64,000 nucleotides of DNA from Mizuhopecten yessoensis (GCF_002113885.1 NW_018480073.1:1-64000), one strand, 5' to 3'. Positions 27,261 through 41,321 are shown, numbered from the stretch's first letter. The notes: generated by a model from the letters alone, not told the origin. A program made the numbers and translations.

Positions 27261-29791
27261 ATTTTGTAACAGGACAGCGGTTCAGCTAACGTGCTATTTA
27301 ACATAATGATATATGTATTTGTATGCAGTATTTGCATCACCATCCATCTAGTTATATAATATAGTCCATGTGCATTTTTGTTTGTTAGGGTTTACAACTA
27401 GTAACGTTCTCACAGTTAAAGCCATACGAAAGCTAGAGCACACCACCGAAACGAAATAATAAGGAAGACACAAATCTTGATTACAAATGTTACTATGAGG
27501 CAGCAGATGTTTTCCTCATTGACCCATTAGCAGAAAAAAATACCCGATTCTGCACAGGCTGAACATGTATGTGAAATAATTTGTTGCCATTTGTGGGACA
27601 AAATTCGTTGATAAAACAATCTTTATTTTAACTCATAATTTCTCCTTATTGTATCTACTGCATGTCAAGTCTTACCCGTCAATAGTCTTTTTCGAGATAT
27701 ATGTAAATTGTCAAAGGACTTAAAGCGGGGTGGTCATATTCGTACAGTATATCGGCGTCTGATTTTAATTATATTGATCTTTTACCTGTTACTCGTAGTG
27801 CTAGCCCCCGACCTGCATACCTGGCGTTATCGGGTATTACCCTTTAAACTCACCGAATGAATGACTTGCAAACAAATACACACAAACGTTAGATACACAC
27901 CTGTAGCGCGATTGAAGGTGTCAAGGGAATCGAAACGAAAAGGAAAGTACAAGTTTTATGTACGAGGCATTTTCAACTTCTTCAATCCACACATAATTAA
28001 CAAAATTGGAAACGTGTACACACTCTCAAATATGAAATAAAATGGTTGTAGTATGATTTAGTAACATGACAACACTAGAATATATCTGTTTTCAACTAGG
28101 AATTTGCTTGAAATTACGTAAACTACCATGGTCTTGAATAGATCAATGCTATCTAGCAAGTGTCCAGATGTTTTATATTGAAAGTGTGAGCAGTATAGAC
28201 AAATGACAAGTTTGTACTAGTATTTATGTTTATTAAAATCTTTATAGGAACTTCATAAAATTTCAGTATTGTACATAGTGCGTGTGTAAATGTAGGCGTT
28301 TATATAAACAAATTATAATAGTTTAAAAATGATATGAATAATTCATTATGTTGTGGCAGAGAAGATATTTGTGATATCTATATGTTTAGGTTTTATTATA
28401 ATATTACGATATATCCATATGTTCTGATATAGTATTAGCGATCTTGATATTGTGGTATAGTTATTTCCTTATTTTGGCCTCTTGGATTGGTTTGGTTGTA
28501 TGCATTTTTATCATCGGTCAGTTTCGTAGCCCGTTGTCACCTCTTGGGTTAGTCAATGGTCAAGGTTTTCTTTGTTTTCTTTGTGTGACCAATAGTTTTG
28601 GTGCGGTATTTATGAGAGACTACATGACGTCTTGACGAAGCAGACAAGAGAGGACACCTACATTATGAGTACACGTAAAAAACCTCGGATAATTCCGTAC
28701 GACTTCAAATGGCCCTGTTCCACAAATAGGGTTAAATCATGTCCATGGAATCGGAACTACGCACAATAATTCGGGAAGAACTCTCACAGTGTTTGTAGAT
28801 GTTTTAATCTACAAAATCCACCACTGACACAATGTAATTATTGCATCCCATATTCGTGTTTTAAAGCATGTTTTATAAAGGCCTTTGAGTATCTTTACGA
28901 GTGGCCAATTCTCAAGTCACACCCGTAAATCGGGGTCAATAAATGTAACAGTCTTATTATACCGAAACATTGCTTTATGTGATTCATTAAGTATATGGAT
29001 GATATTCTCAATCTACACATTTCTTAGTTAAATGTTACATGAAAGGATTTGTCTAGCTTTCTGCATCGAGGTATTCCATGTTTTAAAGGGTCTTACTAGT
29101 GAGCATTTAATTCACAACGGGGTTGTCTCTGTTTGGTGAACTGTAAGTCCCCGAGGTTTCCATATCATTGTAGACGTAAATCATTTTGGCACGGAATACA
29201 TACAATACTCCTACACGAATAAGTTACCTGCAGCAGCCGAAAAGCAAATTGGCACTTTCACCTCCTTTTTTGTTGTTTTCTACGTGCATACATGTTTCGA
29301 AACAAATATAGGAGAATACTAGATGAAGTGTTAGCAAAACCTTAATTCAATCTCAAAATCGTTAAAAGTATGGCAAAATATGATCAAAGCAAAGATTTAC
29401 ATTGAGACCATTGATTACGTACAAGAAAAATATGACCAGGTGTTCCAGAAGGGTAACCGCCTCTGCTCATCGATGACACCCGCCATGTAAATGAATGTCA
29501 AATCCTATTAAATTAACGTCATCACTGCGGGTAGTAAAAACAAACTTCAAGGCTTACTAATGAGCATAATAAAAATCATCGAATTATGGAATTCGCATTT
29601 TTAGAGCTTTAGGAACACTAATAAGTCCTTAATGGAAAAAGGGACATATGATACACTGAAATAATAAGCGTTTGTTCTTCTTGAAGGTAAAAATAAATAC
29701 TGCTGGACTACACACGATTCATGAAATAAGTTGTATTATATTTTAAATCATGCAATTTTAAGTCCTTTTTTTATTCTGCTCGATTTCTAAG

Positions 29792-29876
29792 CAAACGTGT
29801 GGATGACGGTGAGTCAGATAGCGTCACTGACCAATGTAAAGATGAAATCGAACCAGTTACAAAGCCGGATATTAAG
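29792..29876 (+). CDS. Copy 2 exon 2 (acidic segment KRVDDGESDSVTDQCKDEIEPVTKPDIK)
   Basis: Aligns with DQSGDHTEPVPILYIE of copy 3; ctaag|c acceptor (phase 2), aag|gtataa donor (phase 0). Confidence 0.6.
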
Positions 29877-29952
29877 GTATAATGGACTAGCCATATGTCG
29901 TAAGTAGATCATCGTTTAAAACAGAGGGAGACAAAGGCAAGGGCATAGAAGG

Positions 29953-31056
29953 AGATAGACATAGACACAGAGACAGACACAGAGACGGACACAGAGAGAC
30001 AGAGACAGACACAGAGAAACAGAGACAGACAGAGCGAGACAGACAGACACAGAGAGACAGAGACAGACACAGAAACAGACACAGAGACCGACACAGAGAG
30101 ACAGAGACAGACACAGAGAGACATAGACAGACAAAGAGAGACAGAAACAGACACACAGAGACAGAAACAGACACAGAGAGACAGAGACAGACACAAAGAG
30201 ACAGAGACAGTACACAGATAGACAGAGACAGACACAGAGTGACAGAGACAGACACACAGAGACAGAGACAGACACACAGAGACAGACTCAAACACAGAGA
30301 GATAGAAACAAATAGACAGAGACAGACACAGAGAGACAGAGACAAACACAGAGAGAAAGAGACAGCACATAGAGACAGAGACAGTACACAGATAGACAGT
30401 GACAGACACAGAGAGACAGACACAGACACACAGAGACAGAAACAGATAGACGGAGACAGACACAGAGAGACAGAGACAGACACATAGAGACAGAGACAGA
30501 CACAGAGAGACAGAGACAAACAAAGAGAGACAGAAACAGACACAGAGAGACAGACACAAAGAGACAGAGACAGTACACAGATAGACAGAGACAGACACAG
30601 AGTGACAGAGACAGACACACAGAGACAGAGACAGACACAGAGAGACAGAGACAGACACAAAGAGACAGAGACAGTACACAGATAGACAGAGACAGACACA
30701 GAGTGACAGAGACAGACATACAGAGACAGAGACAGACACAGAGAGACAGACACAAACACAGAGAGATAGAAACAGATAGACAGAGACAGACACAGAGAGA
30801 CAGAGACAGACACAGAGAGACAGATACATTACACAGATAGACAGTGACAGACACAGAGAGACAGAGACAGACACAGAGAGACAGACACAGACACAGAGAA
30901 ACAGAAACAGATAGACAGAGACAGACACAGAGAGACAGAGACAGACACAGAGAGACAGAGAGACAGACACAGACACACAGAGACAGACACAGACACAGAG
31001 AGACAGAGACATACACAGAGAGAAGAGACAGACACAGAGAGAGACACAGAGACACA
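29953..31056. repeat. ~1.1-kb compound (AG/AC) microsatellite in intron 2 of copy 2
   Basis: Degenerate GAGACAGAGACAGACACA units; source of the long low-complexity ORFs. Confidence 0.97.
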
Positions 31057-31457
31057 GTATCCATGAAAATGATATGTGAGGCACTCAATGACACAACTAT
31101 AACGCTGATGCTTTCCTTCTTTATAAGATTTACACTGTATATAATAATGATCCATGTTTTCATTTTGGTCAGTTAAACTGATAAAATGATATAGATATCC
31201 ACATCAAAATATCGAACAATCGGAATAGGCAATTAAAATTGGACGGATCACAACACAATTTGATCGTCATTTATCATTTCAAGAAATTTTATTCAGAAAA
31301 TCAAGAGGAAATAGTCAAAGGAATAACATTCAAATCATTAAATGTCTCTCCATGGGTAGACAAAAAACAATGTTATGTATCAAACCTTTAAAAGCATGTG
31401 ATACAACACGAACTCTTTGAATAAATACGTTATTATTCTCTGTACATTTTTGCTCAG

Positions 31458-31703
31458 ATTTTTCCAGGCTTTCTGCCTAACGACGTAACACTGGTGGTCG
31501 AGGATCAACACCTTCATGTAAATGAAGATTTACTCTCTTCAGCTTCACCTGTATTTGAGGCTTGGCTTAAGAAAGAGTGGCAAAACGACGAGTGGAATGC
31601 ACTGACGACACAATAAAGCAGCTGGAATTCCCAGGGAAAACATATGATGAGATTGCCACTTTTCTTAAATGTCTTTTATCCATTTTCCCTGACCAAGTTA
31701 CAG
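31458..31703 (+). pseudogene. Copy 2 exon 3 (BTB), frameshifted
   Basis: ctcag|att acceptor; IFPGFLPNDVTLVVEDQHLHVNEDLLSSASPVFEAWLKKEW, then a frame change, then LEFPGKTYDEIATFLKCLL; g|gtaact donor. Confidence 0.85.
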
Positions 31704-32633
31704 GTAACTATGAAAAACGATGATGCAAATATGACCTTAAACACACTTATTTAGTAATAACACAACTAAGAGAAATAAACCAGGTATTGCTATATGAACA
31801 ATATTTCAATTTTAACGCATTTTGAACTTCTTAAAGCGTATTGAATATAATTGTGGCTCACATCATGGTTAAAACAAATTTAACTCAATGGTGTTCGAAT
31901 TTTTATATTCGGCAGTAAATATAACATTTTTTTTAATGTAAATAAGCTAATAAAACATATTTTCGCGTTTAAAGTGTAATTCATCGATAATCAGATTCTC
32001 TGCAAGATAAATATGATTTTGAGCACACCACTGGACATTATCATTACACCTCCAATTGGAGGTAATATGTTTATTCTTATCTTAAGATTCTCTCACAAAA
32101 AAAAATTGTCACAGGAAACACGTTCCATTATAACGATGAAACATTGCTTTCGCCACGCTATTCTGCATGTTAAAAACATGCTGAAGTTGAAGATATGGCT
32201 GAACATGTTTTTTTAAAGACACACTGTTAGTCAATCTCAAAACAGTATTGATGTTCATGTATGACTTATCAAGTAAAATATAGTATCAAATGTTTAGAAA
32301 AGTATCAACCTTCAAAGTTAGCCAGCATAGTGTAATCAAAGCTCTAACAATGAAAGCACGCTTGACATTATATTCTTATATTCAAATGCCTTCCTATTCA
32401 AAATAACGTGATTAAAGAAAAGTAAGGAAAGGACGATGCAACTCTCTTAAGTTATGGTAAGTTTTACATAATGGAAATTAGCCATGAACTTCCGAAGTTG
32501 GCCAAGACAACAAAGTTTCTCTTTTAACCATAGAATTGTGTAGAATGTTACGTCATGCTCCAAACAGACATTGAATTGCATCGACTTCCAAAGTAAAAAC
32601 TAATCATGGTCGCTAAATCTTGTGTATTCATAG

Positions 32634-32975
32634 ATGCAACACTGAGAATTGTACTCCCATTAGCAGATGAGTATCGGACAGAAAAGCTGCTCAAAGAATG
32701 TGAAGACCTCATCCGGGAGGACGTGGGGTCTGTTTCTGAGACGGACATGTATATACCACCTTCAAAGGTCGTCACATACCTACGCTGGGTCGAACAATAT
32801 AACCTTCACAAGGTTGAAAATTGTGTTGTGAGATTAGGTTCGTTCCTAAAAACTGAACAGCTAGAGGATGTTGCAGACTACAAAAATGTCAGCCTAAGAC
32901 TCCAACTGGATGTATCTAATGCCAGAGCCAAGCTGTTTGAGAGTCTAATGGTGTTCGATCTACTAGAAGCTGAAA
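32634..32975 (+). CDS. Copy 2 exon 4
   Basis: catag|at acceptor, a|gtaagc donor; 342 nt; within ORF 32606..33010. Confidence 0.88.
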
Positions 32976-33189
32976 GTAAGCCTATATATCTAATTTGGTT
33001 TTGGTGGTAAATATTTTACTAGGCATACGCAAAAAGGATAGTAAGTTCGAAGTAATGCATTGTGATAATTTTATCTACAATAAAACAATAATTCTGACCT
33101 CACATTCAAATTCTACGACAAACGTGATTAGGTGAATTTTGAATTCATTTTATTTCAATTAGTAGTAATATTCCAGAACATCCCAATTC

Positions 33190-33389
33190 TACGGAGCCCC
33201 TTAACTGACATGCTACACACTTAATTCATTTCGTTTATAACGAATTTCTATTTTGTTTTATCGAGTTGTTATTTCGTTTAATCGGACTTTTATTTCGTTG
33301 TAACGGAATATCAATTCGTTATAACGAAATAATGATTCGATAAAACGAAATAAAATAAATGTGTAGTATATCATTTTAATTGCTCAGTA
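33190..33389. mobile_element. 200-bp MITE with TAC..GTA ends and 6-bp TSD CAATTC (IS3EU-like)
   Basis: TSD at 33184-33189 and 33390-33395; degenerate TIRs; internal ttcgtt/aacgaa inverted repeats. Confidence 0.7.
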
Positions 33390-33944
33390 CAATTCCCTTT
33401 TTAATGAGTTTATTAATAGATAAAAGAAAACAAAACAGCAACAGTGTTAAAATACACCGAGATTCGTACTCTTGACTTCAGATAATTATATCGTCCTTCT
33501 AGTCGACTGAACATGGTCAACATATCCTGACCCAGCTATATCTGATATAAAATGTAGTTGAGCATGTACGAAAATCTTCTTTAGGATTCCATGTTGTTTT
33601 ACCTGCATTGGTACAATGATTTTTAAGGATCTGTTTGAAGTAGGAGTCCCTGGATAGCTATTGTCTGCTACATGTAGTCAATACACTATTTAGCTCGGTA
33701 TGTGGAAGTTCATGAAATTTCAATGTCTGCCATAATAAAATAAATAAGTAAATGATCAGTCTTAATACTCTGTAACTATCAAAGTTTCCGGGCCGCTAAT
33801 ATAACATTCGCTCTTTGTTCTTATCAGCTGGATAAAATTGGCAGTTCTTATTTGTCTTACACATCAATAGTTATACTAATTTTATCGTTAATATCACACT
33901 CAGGCTGCTGTGAAACGTGTCAAAGGTATAAAACAAAAAGACAA

Positions 33945-34170
33945 CCAGAGCCTAGTCGCTTCTCTGGGATGCGGCTTCTTTTGTATCACAGGAGTCTAGC
34001 TGCTCTCATCATGGCGTCTCTAGGGGTGTTCACAACCAGAGTCTAGTCGCTTCTCTGGAGACATTTTCAGAGTCTAGCTGCTCACTTCTCTGGGATGTGT
34101 AGGTGCTTCTCTGAAGACATTTTCAGAGTCTATCTGCTTCTCTCAATACCCCCAGAGTCTAGCTTATTCA
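33945..34170. repeat. Degenerate short tandem repeat (cagagtctagct..ttctctgg)
   Basis: Motif recurs about six times. Confidence 0.6.
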
Positions 34171-34428
34171 AAAATTAGTAGCATAAATATATGGTAGTAA
34201 AAATTGTTGGAGTGAGTAGACCCTGATGCGCCAAATGTAGTACTGTATGTAAATATGTTGCTAACAAGAGTAATAAACAGATTAACTGTTTCCTGTGTGT
34301 TAGTTGTATATAAATGTTCATTGTTAAATAACGGTATGGTGTTGTGTTGTTTATCCTTTTTATTTTATGTTTAATATATTTTCATTCAATTGTCTTCAGT
34401 TATTTTGTGGTTGTTATTGTTGTTCTAG

Positions 34429-34841
34429 GTAAGGTGAAGGTATTACAAATCCCTCGCGCTTCATGTTATATGACTGAATGGAAACGGATTATAGCAGCCC
34501 GTGTGGAGGTTTTTCTATCATTATCAACAACATCACCAGAACCAGAACCGTCTTTTCGACGTTTCTGGGCGAGTAGCTCTTCTACGGGTCACATAGTTTC
34601 ATTGGGTAAGTCCAGGACGACGCGAATCATGCCACCGGTTGCTGCTACCTTTGCATGTATATCTTTATGTGATCGACTTAATTTATCGACTACTTACACA
34701 AAAAGCATCTTGAAATTAAAGTCACTGGATATCAACCCGGAACGTTTCGTAGAACTTTGGTCAAGCTTCTATCGGATTAGGACCGCAAATGAACATGCTG
34801 GCATGGAACGACATCTGCTTGAAATGTGCAAATCTATTTGA
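34429..34841 (+). CDS. Copy 2 exon 5
   Basis: ttctag|gt acceptor (phase 1); KVKVLQIP...FACISLCD...RHLLEMCKSI*. Confidence 0.82.
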
Positions 34842-36964
34842 AATCGTGAAATTAAACATTTTTTGTTACAAAGATTGTATACATTAAAAATAATCACACC
34901 TGGTACTGAAATCATAAAACATTAACGTCTTATGATTTTGTTCATATCCGTGACGTCAGATACCGACTGCATTTTGGTAGTATATACTCTTCAACGAACA
35001 GAAATGTCAATTTAATGGCGTGTCGTATTATATCGAAATGACGTCACTTTTCAGAATATCAGCCGATTTGGTACTGGACACCTTGAACGCAAACGTCGAT
35101 TTCACGCACGCACAAGTCATGATTTAAACTATACTTGTTCCAGAACTAGGATCACTGGTTTCCTATACTTAGGTAGTGCTAACCGATATGTCACTATATC
35201 CTTTTGTTTTTATGCACTTCCAAGATTAGACTAAGAACGAACTGTAGTTCCTAACCGGGATAATTTAGTGCAACTTTGTCGGATAAAGTTATCCCACATC
35301 GGTGTTCTACATGAGACACCTGCATTCTGTACGTAAAGGGGTGAGAGAAGAGCTGAATTAATAATGGATTTTTTTAAAGAAATAATGCATACTTCTATAT
35401 CAGGATGGCCGTGTTGCTTAATTGTAGTTTAACATTGCACTTGTAAAATTAAATAATAATCAAATATGGATTTTTTTTTTCACTTGTTGATAGCTCTGCT
35501 GCGTGCCAACTTGTAACAACAACCCAATGTTTAACACCATTGAGTGTTGTGTAAACTGGATTGAAGTGATTAATTAGTAAATAAAATGATATCTTAAACA
35601 ATTCCCACTTATTTAATATGATCTATGGTCGTTTGTTGATGTATTAGTTTTGCTAGGGCTTAATCGTGATGTAATATAGAGAGGATATATTCTGACATAC
35701 TCGTGAAGTATATATGGTATTATAAAGGGTAACGGAAAACATTTTGTTTTCATTATTTATTGCATTTAATACCACGAAAATAGTGCTGCATCAAATAGTG
35801 CAGGAATTAGAAGCATACTATTTGACGCCAGGTTCTAATGACATCACGCTTGAACATAAAGTAAAGCGTAATTTTATTACCTGGTTGACAAAATTAATAT
35901 CGATTTTTTAGTTATATACATAACAAAACAAATACCAATAATACCGTCGCTTCACCTGAACTAAAAACTGAATATCTACGCAATCAATAAAAAGGACCAT
36001 TCTGATTGGACAATATTAAAAGTGGTATCATCACATGTGAAGATGTAACATTTCAGTGAAGTGTAATGAAGATGTCAGTTTTTATCAAAAGGATAATTCA
36101 TGATATTCAACTGGTAAAATGTAATATATCTAGATACATATGTGGAGTGACTGCTTCCTTCCATGCTCCTGTAGAGGATGTTTCAAAACATGCCAGCGCT
36201 AAAAAAATGTTTACTGGGTTTTGTATGTAAAACTGTAGGCCGCTTTCGTTGATCGCGATTCAAACTATTGGAACGGTTGGACCAGAGTTGTTTGTTTATG
36301 AAATAAGTCAGACCTAGTAATTTAATGCCACTTTCAATAGAAAAGTATACTTTAGTTTTAAATATACAACAGTTTGGTACCCTGGAATAAATTCACATCA
36401 CATATGTAATTTAGTATTCATAGCAATTAATTTTTGTAAATACTGTTACTTATATCTCGTTTCATAATATCCTTTGTCTTGTTTGACATTTTTATTAGCA
36501 AAGATTATAGGGCTCGTATTTCATGATATGTAATCACAAAATGGTTTATGAATTTATTTACATTGTACATATGTCAATATTTGTAATTAAGTTCAATAAA
36601 AAGGATTTGTCATAAATATTGATTTCATGTATTTCATATTTCAAAAATAACGCTTATTGTCGTTGGGGGAACATTTCCGAAACATTTCCGAAATTGCTCA
36701 GGAATAACACGTGATCCAAGGAAGTTTAAGCGATTGTTGTCGTGTATTTAAATGAAAATTGGCTACGATTTATATTTGTAACGTCAGCATATTTGTTATG
36801 TCAACGTATATGTTACGTCCTACCGGTTGCAATGTTATTGATCGTTTTCGTCTTGAAATAGGCATAGGAAAGAACAAAAGGTTTTTTCTTGTGCTATGTG
36901 TAAATGACACATACACCTATTTCAGGACAAAAATACGAACTTCCTGACTACACCTATACAAAAA

Positions 36965-37191
36965 GGTCCCGCGATGGCCAAGTTGTTAAGGCGTCTGACA
37001 TTCTGCTACCACTAGCCCTCCACCACTGGGTCGCGTGTTCGAGACCTCCGTGGGGCAGTTGCCAGGTACAGGCCCTTGGTCGGTGGGTTTTTTTCCGGGA
37101 ACTACGGCTTTCCTCCAACATCAAAACCTGGCACGTCCTTAAACGACCAAGGCTGTTAATAGGACTTAAAACACAAACAAACCGAACCAAA
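36965..37191 (+). mobile_element. Near full-length tRNA-derived SINE
   Basis: A box tggccaagttgttaagg, B box gttcgagacc, body ccgggaactacggctttcctcc, tail ggctgttaataggac + (AAAC)n; absent from the paralogous site near 56725. Confidence 0.82.
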
Positions 37192-37200
37192 GACCTATAA

Positions 37201-37620
37201 ATAGCTACACCTATTTCACGTTGCATATATAAAAAGCTATGATTACACTTATTTCACGTCACATATATGAACAGCTATGATTACACTTATTTCACGTAAC
37301 ATATATGAACAGCTATGATCACACTTATTTCACGTAACATATATGAATAGCTATGATTACACTTATTTCACGTAACATATATGAATAACTATGATTACAC
37401 TTATTTCACGTAACATATATGAATAACTATGATTACACTTATTTCACGTAACATATATGAATAGCTAGGATTACACTTATTTCACGTAACATAAATGAAT
37501 AACTATGATTACACTTATTTCACGTGACATATATGAATAGCTATGATTACACTTATTTGACGTAACATATATGAATAACTATGATTACACTTATTTCACG
37601 TAACATATATAAATTACTAT
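37201..37620. repeat. 38-bp minisatellite, ~11 copies
   Basis: Contiguous ctatgattacacttatttcacgtaacatatatgaatag units with no spacers. Confidence 0.95.
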
Positions 37621-37719
37621 GGCCGTGGTCAAAAACAGTATACTTTATAAGAATTCAATAGTGCCCACTGTGGTGTCATATCATACAATTCTGCACAATT
37701 TTTCAAGTGAAATATATAG

Positions 37720-38560
37720 TGTTATTAATCAGCTGATATCATATTGGCCCAGTTATTAGGACGAGGTCTGTGCCTTTGGCCTCGGGCCAATATCACAGAC
37801 CAAGGCCTAATAACTGGGCCAATATGATATCGGCTGATTTATGACACTTTTATTAATTGACTGTGTAGATATTGCTGTAATATGAAATAAACTGCCCGTG
37901 CAATATAATCTACAATCTCAGCCAATATCGGAATTATTACACAAAGTCGGCCAATCTTGAAAAAAGTCGGCCTTTATGGAAAATATTGGCCGACTTTTGA
38001 TAAACTCGGCCAATACGAGAAAGCGCGCGTAATCGAACGCGCCCGGTAAACCGTTCCGAACTCACCAGAAGGTAACGTCTTATCCTACGGCAAATCCCGA
38101 TATGTTCCTGGCGCAGGCGACAGCATACATACATGTCTATAAACAGACAAGAATGGAGCGGATCTCTGACAGGCACACAAAAACAGGGGCTCAGATGCTT
38201 GACGAAAATGTGACAAATGTGTTTTCTGATTAAACATGTAAGAATTACCTGTTTCATTGTTTATATATCTACATAGTTAATTAATAAAAGGTCAATAATT
38301 AGCTAATTCCATATTGGCCCAGTTATTAGGCCTCGGTCAGTCATATTGGCCCTTGTTTGTGTTGACACAGGACCGAACGTCAAAAATAACCAACAACCAC
38401 GAGAAATTCCGAATGAAGTGCACGCTCGATTTGGCGCATTTTTCATATTAGCCGAGTTAAAAGTCGGCCAATATCGGGAAAAAGTCGACCAAAATAATAT
38501 TGGCTGAGTTGTGGTAATTTTATCAATATAGGCCGAGTTTGGTTGTAGTATTGCCGGTCC
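37720..38560. mobile_element. Non-autonomous element with a terminal palindrome and repeated catattggcccagttattagg / tcggccaat motifs
   Basis: Inverted repeat at ~37727-37838; the same motif recurs at ~38310. Confidence 0.5.
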
Positions 38561-39400
38561 AGAAAAGACATACGAATGTAATACATTAGATAGCTAAATA
38601 ATAAGATGTGATATGAACCTTAAATGTGATGTTCGCCTCGGTCAATTACATTTTCAAATTCATATAATTTCATGTACATATGTACCAGCAGAAATAATTA
38701 TTCTGGCTCTATTCAGAAAAGACAAACGAGGACTATATATAGTACGTTAAAATCCGAGAGTGTTTATGAAGACGGCATAAGTAAATGAACTATTGTACCT
38801 TGTTTCGTATTAACCGTACAAATGTATTTAAGGATATTGAATTGTATATAAATGCTCTATACAAAAATAATTGTGCAACTTGGCTGAGTCAACGAAAGCC
38901 TCCTCACATTGATAAACAATATATACACATCATGACCACAGAAAAAAATAATCTTGTTCAAGGCCGCATTGTTTTGTTTCGAGACCTTTGCAACTCATGT
39001 ACTTTATCTTTCTGAAGCCATTTTTTCCAAAACATGGAACGCAACGCAACGATAGAAACTCGATGTTTAGGCATTTCACCAATTTTTTTTCACACGAATG
39101 TCATTTATGTTATTTGGTTAAGGTCTTTTTTTCTGAACGAATTTTTCAGTATTACTTTCCGATAACAGTGTTAATCTTGTTTTTTCTTTCGTATCGGTAG
39201 CAATGGACTTTTTAATGAGGCAGGTCTTTCTAATTAACTTCTAACCTGTTGTCTTGGTCATCAATATCAAGAACCATCCCATCAAATTTATTTCGTGTAC
39301 CTGTCTAGCGAATCAATTACAACATTGATAACTAGTACAGCGCTTAGCAATTTACTATCGGGAGAAATAGTGAATTGTATCTATTGTTTGAAATATTATA

Positions 39401-39612
39401 CTGTAAAAGTACTGATTTTAGCGGACTCAAATCTAAGCGTTTTCTAGAATTGAGCGGATTAAATCTAGCATAAATAAAATAGAAAACTCACAATATTCTC
39501 AATAGAAAACAATATACAAAATAATTAATTAGTGAAATTATAATTTAGCGGATGTTTTTAAAGCGACAAAAGAGCTAAGATTAACACACTGTTAAAAGAC
39601 GTACGTTAACAG
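39401..39612. mobile_element. Degenerate TA-flanked MITE (CTGT..ACAG)
   Basis: ta-ctgtaaa ... ttaacag-ta with internal ttagcg repeats. Confidence 0.4.
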
Positions 39613-39719
39613 TATTACAATGTACATATTCTAATACAAAGAAGTGTACAGTGATCCAAAGTTTATCAAACTAGTACATTCTATGCATAATTCAGTAACG
39701 ATTTATCTTATTCCCTTAA

Positions 39720-39940
39720 GGCCGAGCGGAATACTGTGCTGAGTGCCTTCGGCATGGTATTTCAGTGAGATATCACTATAAAGTCGGCATCAGATCTGCG
39801 TTGTCACAAGGAGGCAAGTCCATCAAAATACCTTCCCTCTAGCACACATACACACATGCACGCTCACACAACACACATTGAGGCACATCCTTAATTGACC
39901 TTAGTTGTGGATAGGATTTTCAACCCTAAGCAATCAACTT
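39720..39940 (+). mobile_element. SINE 3' fragment
   Basis: gtatttcagtgaga..cactataaa body, CA-rich tract, and a tail similar to that of the SINE at 36965. Confidence 0.5.
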
Positions 39941-40395
39941 AAGACTGGTAATCTGTAAAAATATATTTTTTATCAGTATTTGATTGCCTTCATATCCCTA
40001 TGAAAGTAACACACATACAGGTGATTACGATGTCATCTCTGACAGTGATAGTGATTAAGTATAACTTACATAGATGGTATTGATGAGGCTAAGTGACAGA
40101 ACAACAACTCTATATTTTCCATATTTTCCAACTCTCCGCCATTTTATATTCGGCTCTTATTAACAATGTGTAAAGATCTGAGTTGATATGACGGGACTTA
40201 AATAATTGCATGATGATAGTAATTTGGAATAGTTTATTTAATATATGAACTTTGTTTTGTCTCGTAGGTACCGGTTTTCTAGACATGCTAGTGGTAAAAA
40301 GATCCAGATCAAATATTGTCAGCTTGATATGTCGCTTCGCGTTCCGGGGTCGTTTTTCGTAAAACGAAATGTAAGAAATAGAAAATCGAACAGAG

Positions 40396-40523
40396 TCTTC
40401 AGTAATACCAAATATATTTCACTCGTGTGGCTAATATTTTGATCTCTTTCACTCGTGTTGTGCACTCATGAAATATATGAAAATATTAGCCACACGAGTG
40501 AGAAAAATTAAGTATTACTGAAG
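40396..40523. repeat. ~128-bp imperfect palindrome (element-derived)
   Basis: cttcagtaatac..cactcgtgtggctaatatttt mirrored by aaaatattagccacacgagtg..gtattactgaag. Confidence 0.8.
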
Positions 40524-41321
40524 TCCAAGTTCAAGTTAAAGTTCATATATTGCCTTAAGCTTTACAACTCATCAGTTGTGCATATATACAGTGCAACATA
40601 AAGTAAACAATTAAACAACAACACACATACACACCACTTCCGCACCTACTCCTAGAAGTGTAGAGAGATATCTTGCACAGATTAAAATAATGTTATTAAT
40701 AAATGAATAACATTTGATGATAGGTCCATATTAATGTATGACTGACAAACACTAGATACAATTGACTTAATTCAGTACATTTTTGTTGTTTTCTACTAGC
40801 GATTCTTACATATTTGGCCAAATTAGTTATTTCTTTTTTATTTTCTGTGGATAACAACTTAACAAATTAAGTCAGATATCCTCTATATATTCAATAAAAT
40901 TATACACTACGTAGACGCGACCTTCTCTTTATCTCATAATTGATATTTAAATTTGAAAAAATCAGAATTGCACGATTCCCTATCAATTGGCATATGAAGG
41001 TGCAAATTGTTTTCTGTTTCGTTTTACATAAAATGTGATAACTTGTTATAATATATATCACTTCTACTAAATTGTAAATTGTACATATTTTGTGTCACTA
41101 TTGATATATTACGTGATATACCTGTATATATGTTATACTCCACAGAGACCAACATGGCTGTAATAGCTTGTATATTCCTTTCATAATATCTTTCACCTAG
41201 TACAATGTCATTCTATGTTAACAAATGACTGTGGTTCTTCTGGTCATTGATGGGCTGTAGTGTTATTTGTTTTAGTCATATACAAAGATATGCTCAATAT
41301 GTGTAAGCCAATTCCTTATAC

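Larger units (their letters stand above)
27250..34841 (+). pseudogene. BTB/POZ-domain gene, copy 2; frameshift in BTB exon (pseudogene or 1-nt sequence error)
   Basis: Exons 27250-27254, 29792-29876, 31458-31703, 32634-32975, 34429-34841. Five extra nt (tggaa, ~31593-31597) relative to copies 3 and 4 give TAA at 31614-31616; all other exons are open. Confidence 0.75.

Noticed and set aside
29887-31176. Long ORFs (up to 391 aa) on both strands
   Set aside because: Translations of the AG/AC microsatellite (SVSLCL and RDRQT repeats); stop-free because of composition and located in an intron
36965-37050. tRNA gene
   Set aside because: A and B boxes are present but continue into a SINE body and tail; no complete cloverleaf seen
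37201-37620. CRISPR-like regular 38-bp repeats (also the 60-bp and 35-bp arrays)
   Set aside because: Units are contiguous with no unique spacers, no cas genes, and the context is eukaryotic
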